This document shows, one piece after another, positions 59,575-64,000 of a stretch of 64,000 nucleotides of DNA. The stretch comes from Candidatus Heimdallarchaeota archaeon. Its GTDB lineage: Archaea; Asgardarchaeota; Heimdallarchaeia; Heimdallarchaeales; Heimdallarchaeaceae. The notes beneath the pieces were generated by a model. It was given only the letters and a program-made list of their open reading frames with translations, was not told the DNA's origin and did not search any database. The translations under genes were made by a program, and so were the position numbers. The stretch lies in contig JAUVXV010000008.1 of the NCBI GenBank assembly GCA_030603365.1, positions 32,001 to 96,000 of the forward strand. Direction: 5' to 3'. Positions within the stretch are counted from its first letter, which is position 1. Each line of letters begins with the position of its first letter.

Positions 59575-59657
59575 AATTAAACATTCATTTATAGTGCTAG
59601 ATATTTTAGCTATCAATGCTAAGATGATAAAGAATCATATACAAAAGTGAAGATATA

Positions 59658-61022
59658 ATGCCGGGAATAGATACCGAACTTGGTCCACCAGCTGAATCAG
59701 CTAATATTATAGATGTTCTCAGAGCTCCAGAAACTAGAGAAGTTCTAGCTTTCCTTCTTTCCCAATTTTTAGCATTTGCAGTTTATATGTCAATACGACA
59801 ACTCTTTCCTTTGTATCTGTTAGAAAAAGAATCATCACATTTTGTAAATTTCTCAAGTTCAACATATATTCAAAACTTAACTCCCTTAAACCTAGAAGAA
59901 TATTCTAGAACTATTGAAATAGCAGTTCTTGCAAAATGGGGGATTATAGCTACAGCATATACATTTGCAGGTTTATTTGGAAGAATTCCAAGTGGATGGC
60001 TTATTGAAAAATTCGGCAGGAAACCAATTATTTTTTCATCATTTGTCTTAATGATTATTTCAGTAGGTTGCTTAGCTTTTACAGAAAATACGGCTCTTTT
60101 AGCATTCCTGTTTATCATACTTAGATTAACAAACAATACTTTTGGATTATCGAGTAGATCACTTCTATCAGATCTTAAAACAAGGTATAAGGGGTTGTAT
60201 AATTCATTAATCTCAAGTTCAGGAAGACTTGGCAATCTTATTGGTACTTTATGTTTAGGATTTGTTCTTAATTTCTTTCCTGGATATGTGATGATACTAT
60301 GTGGTTTAGCTCTTTCGATTGTAGGTTTTGCAGCTTTTCAACTTGTTTTTGTAAAGGGTAAAGCTGAAACCATTCATTTTATACGAAGGGTAGATATTAA
60401 AATGGGTAAGAAAGAAAAATTAGATTTTAAGATATTTACCTCTAAAACGTTCATATTCTTTACTTTAAGTTTCATAATATTTGGTTTGATATCGGGGATT
60501 ACTGATCCAATACTAGCAATTTATGGAAATAAATTAGAACTCTCTGAAAGTACTATCGGGATAATTCTAGGTTTATCCCAACTAAGTTTCATCATCATAT
60601 CACCATTTGTTGGATGGATGATTTCAAGTAAACCAAAAATAACTGATAGTCTTCTTCTAGTATCTACTATTATTCTATTGTGTAACTATTTGTTGATATA
60701 TTTAGTTCCAAATAATACTGCAATCTACACAGTGATTCTCTTTGGAAAAAATATAGGGCATGCATTGTTCTTTCCTGTAGTTTTTACTATACTAACGTAT
60801 GAACTTCCAAAGGCTCATTTCTCTTTAATTTACTCAATTTTAACTACAGGGTTCTTTCTAGGGATTACTGGGACAGCTTATCTCTCAACTTATTTATATC
60901 TAATATCAGAAACATTACCCTGGCTTTTTGCATTTATTTCCACAATTGCATTAGCAATTACGGTTCTAATTTACATACTTGTAAAAAGAACATCAAAAGA
61001 GAAGCAGCAAAATAAATCATAA
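59658..61022 (+). CDS. MFS transporter
   Basis: GWLIEKFGRK motif A; about 12 TM helices. Confidence 0.85.
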   Translation: MPGIDTELGPPAESANIIDVLRAPETREVLAFLLSQFLAFAVYMSIRQLFPLYLLEKESSHFVNFSSSTYIQNLTPLNLEEYSRTIEIAVLAKWGIIATAYTFAGLFGRIPSGWLIEKFGRKPIIFSSFVLMIISVGCLAFTENTALLAFLFIILRLTNNTFGLSSRSLLSDLKTRYKGLYNSLISSSGRLGNLIGTLCLGFVLNFFPGYVMILCGLALSIVGFAAFQLVFVKGKAETIHFIRRVDIKMGKKEKLDFKIFTSKTFIFFTLSFIIFGLISGITDPILAIYGNKLELSESTIGIILGLSQLSFIIISPFVGWMISSKPKITDSLLLVSTIILLCNYLLIYLVPNNTAIYTVILFGKNIGHALFFPVVFTILTYELPKAHFSLIYSILTTGFFLGITGTAYLSTYLYLISETLPWLFAFISTIALAITVLIYILVKRTSKEKQQNKS

Positions 61023-61066
61023 ACTCATGATTTTCTTGATTTTGAGGTGTTTAAATAGCTGAGTTT

Positions 61067-62161
61067 ATGTTAAATAGTGTGTCAATTGAGATAGAAAACT
61101 TGTATAAGGAATACCAGAAAAAAGGGAAGAAAATAGTTGCTTTAAACAATGTTTCATTAAATATTAAAGAGGGAGAATTTATAGGACTGCTAGGACCTAA
61201 TGGAGCAGGAAAAACCACTTTAACAAAGATTCTAACAACTCTTCTTCTTCCTACATCAGGTGAAGCTTATATCAATGATATTTCAATAAAAGAAGACAAA
61301 AAAATTCGGAAGATAGTTGGAGCTGTTTTTGGAGAAACAGGGGGTAGAAGTTTATATTATCGTCTTTCTATTGAAGACAATCTTCTGTTCTATAGTACCC
61401 TTAGTGGTTTGAGTAAGGATGTAGCAAGGAAAAGAATATCTTCATTATTGAATTATTTTGATTTAGAAGATAAAAGAAAAACCTTAGTCATGAAACTTTC
61501 AACAGGAATGAAAGCTAAAGTGCTTTTAATTAGGGCATTAATTCCTTTTCCTAAAATTCTTCTGCTTGATGAACCAACACTAGGATTCGATGCAGAAAGC
61601 TCTGAAAAAGCAAAAGATCTTCTTAATGAATTTAATAGAGAGTTCGGAACCACTATTCTTCTAACAAGCCATAATTTTCCTGAAATTGATGAACTAACCT
61701 CACGTTTGATTCTAATAGACAGTGGAGACATAGTTGAAGATTGTCCTCCTAATATCTTCAAGAAAACAGCTGTTCAAGAATATGTGCACTTAATGTTTTC
61801 CTTACCTCCTCTACCCTCAGATGGATTTGGAATGTCTAAGCTTCCAACAGAAATTTTCAAGAAACTTGTAAAAGATCAAGCAGGAGCTGACATATTATCT
61901 TTGAAAGTGAAGGATAGTTTCAATTTTGTATTTGAAGCAACAATACAACCTATAACATATCCCTTGAATGAAACAATATCTCGTATAACAGTCTTAATTC
62001 TTCGAGCAAGTGGTGAAATCTTCAAAATTGCTCCCTATATGCCAAGTTTAAAAGAATCATTTTTAGCCTTTCTTGCTCTTAATAAGCAAGAATCACTTGA
62101 AAACAAGGAAACCGACTTAAATGAAATATTCACTTTTCCAATCCAAGAGGAGGATGTATAA
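61067..62161 (+). CDS. ABC transporter ATP-binding subunit
   Basis: GPNGAGKTT, LSTGM, LLLDEPT, TSH. Confidence 0.93.
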   Translation: MLNSVSIEIENLYKEYQKKGKKIVALNNVSLNIKEGEFIGLLGPNGAGKTTLTKILTTLLLPTSGEAYINDISIKEDKKIRKIVGAVFGETGGRSLYYRLSIEDNLLFYSTLSGLSKDVARKRISSLLNYFDLEDKRKTLVMKLSTGMKAKVLLIRALIPFPKILLLDEPTLGFDAESSEKAKDLLNEFNREFGTTILLTSHNFPEIDELTSRLILIDSGDIVEDCPPNIFKKTAVQEYVHLMFSLPPLPSDGFGMSKLPTEIFKKLVKDQAGADILSLKVKDSFNFVFEATIQPITYPLNETISRITVLILRASGEIFKIAPYMPSLKESFLAFLALNKQESLENKETDLNEIFTFPIQEEDV

Positions 62162-62175
62162 CTATTACTCATCAA

Positions 62176-63027
62176 TTGGTGGATGTTCTCGAGTCCTTTA
62201 GTTATACTACTAAGAAATCAGCTTTTTACTCTCGAATCAATGTTATTTTTAAATCAAGAATTAAGATGGCTTTAAGCTACAAAAGTAGTTATTTTATGAC
62301 TATTTTTTTGAATCTTGTTACACTAGTAATGTACTTCTTTTTTAGTAAACTCAACCCAGATTTAACTATTTTTGGTATTTCATCAACCTATGTAGAATTT
62401 TGTTTTCTTGGATTGAGCTTACAAATGATAATAGGTACTACACTTTCAACTGTGAGTGCAAGTATCTACAATGAGATAATATCTGGAACCTGGTCTTCTC
62501 TTTTAGTTAATTTCAGTTTCTTTGAATATTCGATAGGAAGTACTCTTGCAGGAGTAACACTATCATCAATTTCAGTTTTCATAGCTTTATTCTTAGCTTT
62601 TCTTTTCATGGGATCATTTTATGTGATTTCTTTACAAGAGGTTTTAATCATCATAATGCTATTTGTTCTTATTTTACTTTCACACATGGTCGTTTCAATG
62701 GTCTTTGCATCATTTACAATATTCTATCAAAAAAACAGTGGATTAATACCACTTCTTTATCAATTATCTAAAACTTTTACAGGTGTAGTTTTTCCAATTG
62801 CTTTGCTTAAAGGATTTCCTATGTTTCTTTCAAGAGTTTTACCTCTAACGTATGGATTGGAAGCATTACAATCTATCGCTTTAAATGACACTTCAAATTG
62901 GAGGTTAATTTTCACCAATAGTGCAATTTTGATCGGTATCACCTTAATCTTAGGTGTATTGTCCTATTTTCTAGTCGTAAAGAGTATTAAAAACTCTAAA
63001 TTGAAAAACAAGGTGGATTGGTACTAA
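62176..63027 (+). CDS. ABC-2 type permease
   Basis: E..SGTW, TGVVFPI..L, LPLTYG; six TMs. Confidence 0.88.
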   Translation: MVDVLESFSYTTKKSAFYSRINVIFKSRIKMALSYKSSYFMTIFLNLVTLVMYFFFSKLNPDLTIFGISSTYVEFCFLGLSLQMIIGTTLSTVSASIYNEIISGTWSSLLVNFSFFEYSIGSTLAGVTLSSISVFIALFLAFLFMGSFYVISLQEVLIIIMLFVLILLSHMVVSMVFASFTIFYQKNSGLIPLLYQLSKTFTGVVFPIALLKGFPMFLSRVLPLTYGLEALQSIALNDTSNWRLIFTNSAILIGITLILGVLSYFLVVKSIKNSKLKNKVDWY

Positions 63028-63911
63028 TTTCAACAAAACGGACTAAAGGAGTAATTGAACAATTTAACCATACAGAAGTATCTCTAAGTTTTCTTAGTGG
63101 TTTTAAAGCAACATTCGCTAGAAACATACGTATCATTTGGCAGTATAAGTTTACACTCCTAATTGGGTTTGTTAATACATTTACTGTTGCTAGCCTATTT
63201 TATTATGTAGCGAATTTAGTTCCCAATCTGCTAATAAGTCAAGATAATTACGTTGTTAGTAGTATACCATTTATTTTTGCAGGAAGCATGCTAGTGGATA
63301 TATCAACACGAATCTTGATGAAATCAATGAATAGTTTCACAAGTGAAATGAGACAAGGAACTTTTGAAACACTTGCAACTCAACCTTTTGGTTTAAAGAA
63401 ATATTTCATTTCAGAGATTACTTTCGAGGTATTGTATAGCTTAATCTTCTCAATTATTTACTATATTCCAGTATTATTTATCTTCCCTATATTCACTGGA
63501 ATATCAGTCAATGTTTACTCAGCACTTTCTTTCCTACTTATCATTGTATTTGTACTCTTATTTTTCTTTTCTCTATCTCTATTAGCAGCCAATATCACTA
63601 TATTGGTAAAGAGAGGAAGAGAGATTTCTATGGTCCTTATAGGAGTTATACACCTTCTAAGCGGAAGTCTCTTTCCTCTCTCGCTATTCCCAGAATGGTT
63701 AAGAATAATAGCATATTTTTCACCAATGACGTTAGCAGTTCAGGCATTTAGATTATGCTTATTTGGAGGAGGAACAATAGGAGATTTCCATGTATGGTTA
63801 TCTTTAATTGTTCTGATAGTTTCATCTCTAATTATCCTTTTACTTTTTAATTTTACGTACAAAAAAATCTATAATCGAATAAGAATGAAGGGGACAATCC
63901 ATGAATTCTGA
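63018..63911 (+). CDS. ABC-2 type permease
   Basis: EMRQGTFE, SGSLFPLSLFPEWL, SPMT. Confidence 0.88.
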   Translation: MVLISTKRTKGVIEQFNHTEVSLSFLSGFKATFARNIRIIWQYKFTLLIGFVNTFTVASLFYYVANLVPNLLISQDNYVVSSIPFIFAGSMLVDISTRILMKSMNSFTSEMRQGTFETLATQPFGLKKYFISEITFEVLYSLIFSIIYYIPVLFIFPIFTGISVNVYSALSFLLIIVFVLLFFFSLSLLAANITILVKRGREISMVLIGVIHLLSGSLFPLSLFPEWLRIIAYFSPMTLAVQAFRLCLFGGGTIGDFHVWLSLIVLIVSSLIILLLFNFTYKKIYNRIRMKGTIHEF

Positions 63912-63930
63912 AAGAGGAAAAATATTTTGT

Positions 63931-64000
63931 TTAATTCAACAATTGAAGGAACTCACCAGTGATTTTTTCGACATCTTTAGCTTGAGTAATTGCTCTACCT
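63931..64000 (-). CDS. C-terminus of an OMP-decarboxylase/hexulose-6-phosphate synthase-fold enzyme (partial)
   Basis: Reads GRAITQAKDVEKITGEFLQLLN*, with the GR phosphate-binding motif; only 22 codons visible. Confidence 0.55.
   Translation of the reverse strand, partial: GRAITQAKDVEKITGEFLQLLN

Noticed and set aside
3465-62942. Numerous 60-145 aa antisense ORFs nested in long genes (e.g. 39090, 43811, 49889, 59127, 59870)
   Set aside because: They lie wholly opposite well-supported genes and lack motifs; they are expected antisense shadows.
1-64000. rRNA, tRNA, CRISPR arrays, IS elements, prophage or integrase
   Set aside because: No GC-rich structured RNA-like segment, spaced direct repeats, transposase or integrase motifs seen by eye. 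Short ncRNAs cannot be excluded without a covariance-model search.

Overview
AT-rich, densely coding archaeal chromosomal window, most likely from an Asgard archaeon (inference). The evidence is a Rab-like small GTPase alongside archaeal MCM, GINS23, Hel308, NurA-HerA, RIO2, Lsm, deoxyhypusine synthase and a four-subunit pyruvate/2-oxoacid:ferredoxin oxidoreductase. The left third is accessory: GNATs, a geranylgeranyl-reductase-family enzyme, a five-gene YehL/YehM/YehP-like MoxR-vWA cluster with two unknown partners, MscS, MFS transporters, phosphoesterases, an orphan adenine methyltransferase and a GT-C glycosyltransferase. The right half is largely housekeeping (replication/repair, pyrG, ribosome biogenesis, ABC-2 exporter). 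I saw no rRNA, tRNA, CRISPR array or transposase; the only mobile elements are two inteins in MCM. Main signals missed by the ORF track: (1) a MoxR AAA+ gene joined to a vWA gene by an A-AAA-AAA slippery site with an open -1 frame, a candidate programmed frameshift giving both a short ATPase and an ATPase-vWA fusion; (2) a frameshifted, truncated CDP-archaeol synthase (carS) relic heading an operon with a Cys-rich protein and a catalytically dead KaiC/RAD55-like protein; (3) a CPxCG zinc-finger microprotein. Also notable is the non-canonical G3 motif of the Rab-like GTPase. All family calls are motif recognition by eye; no database search was run.
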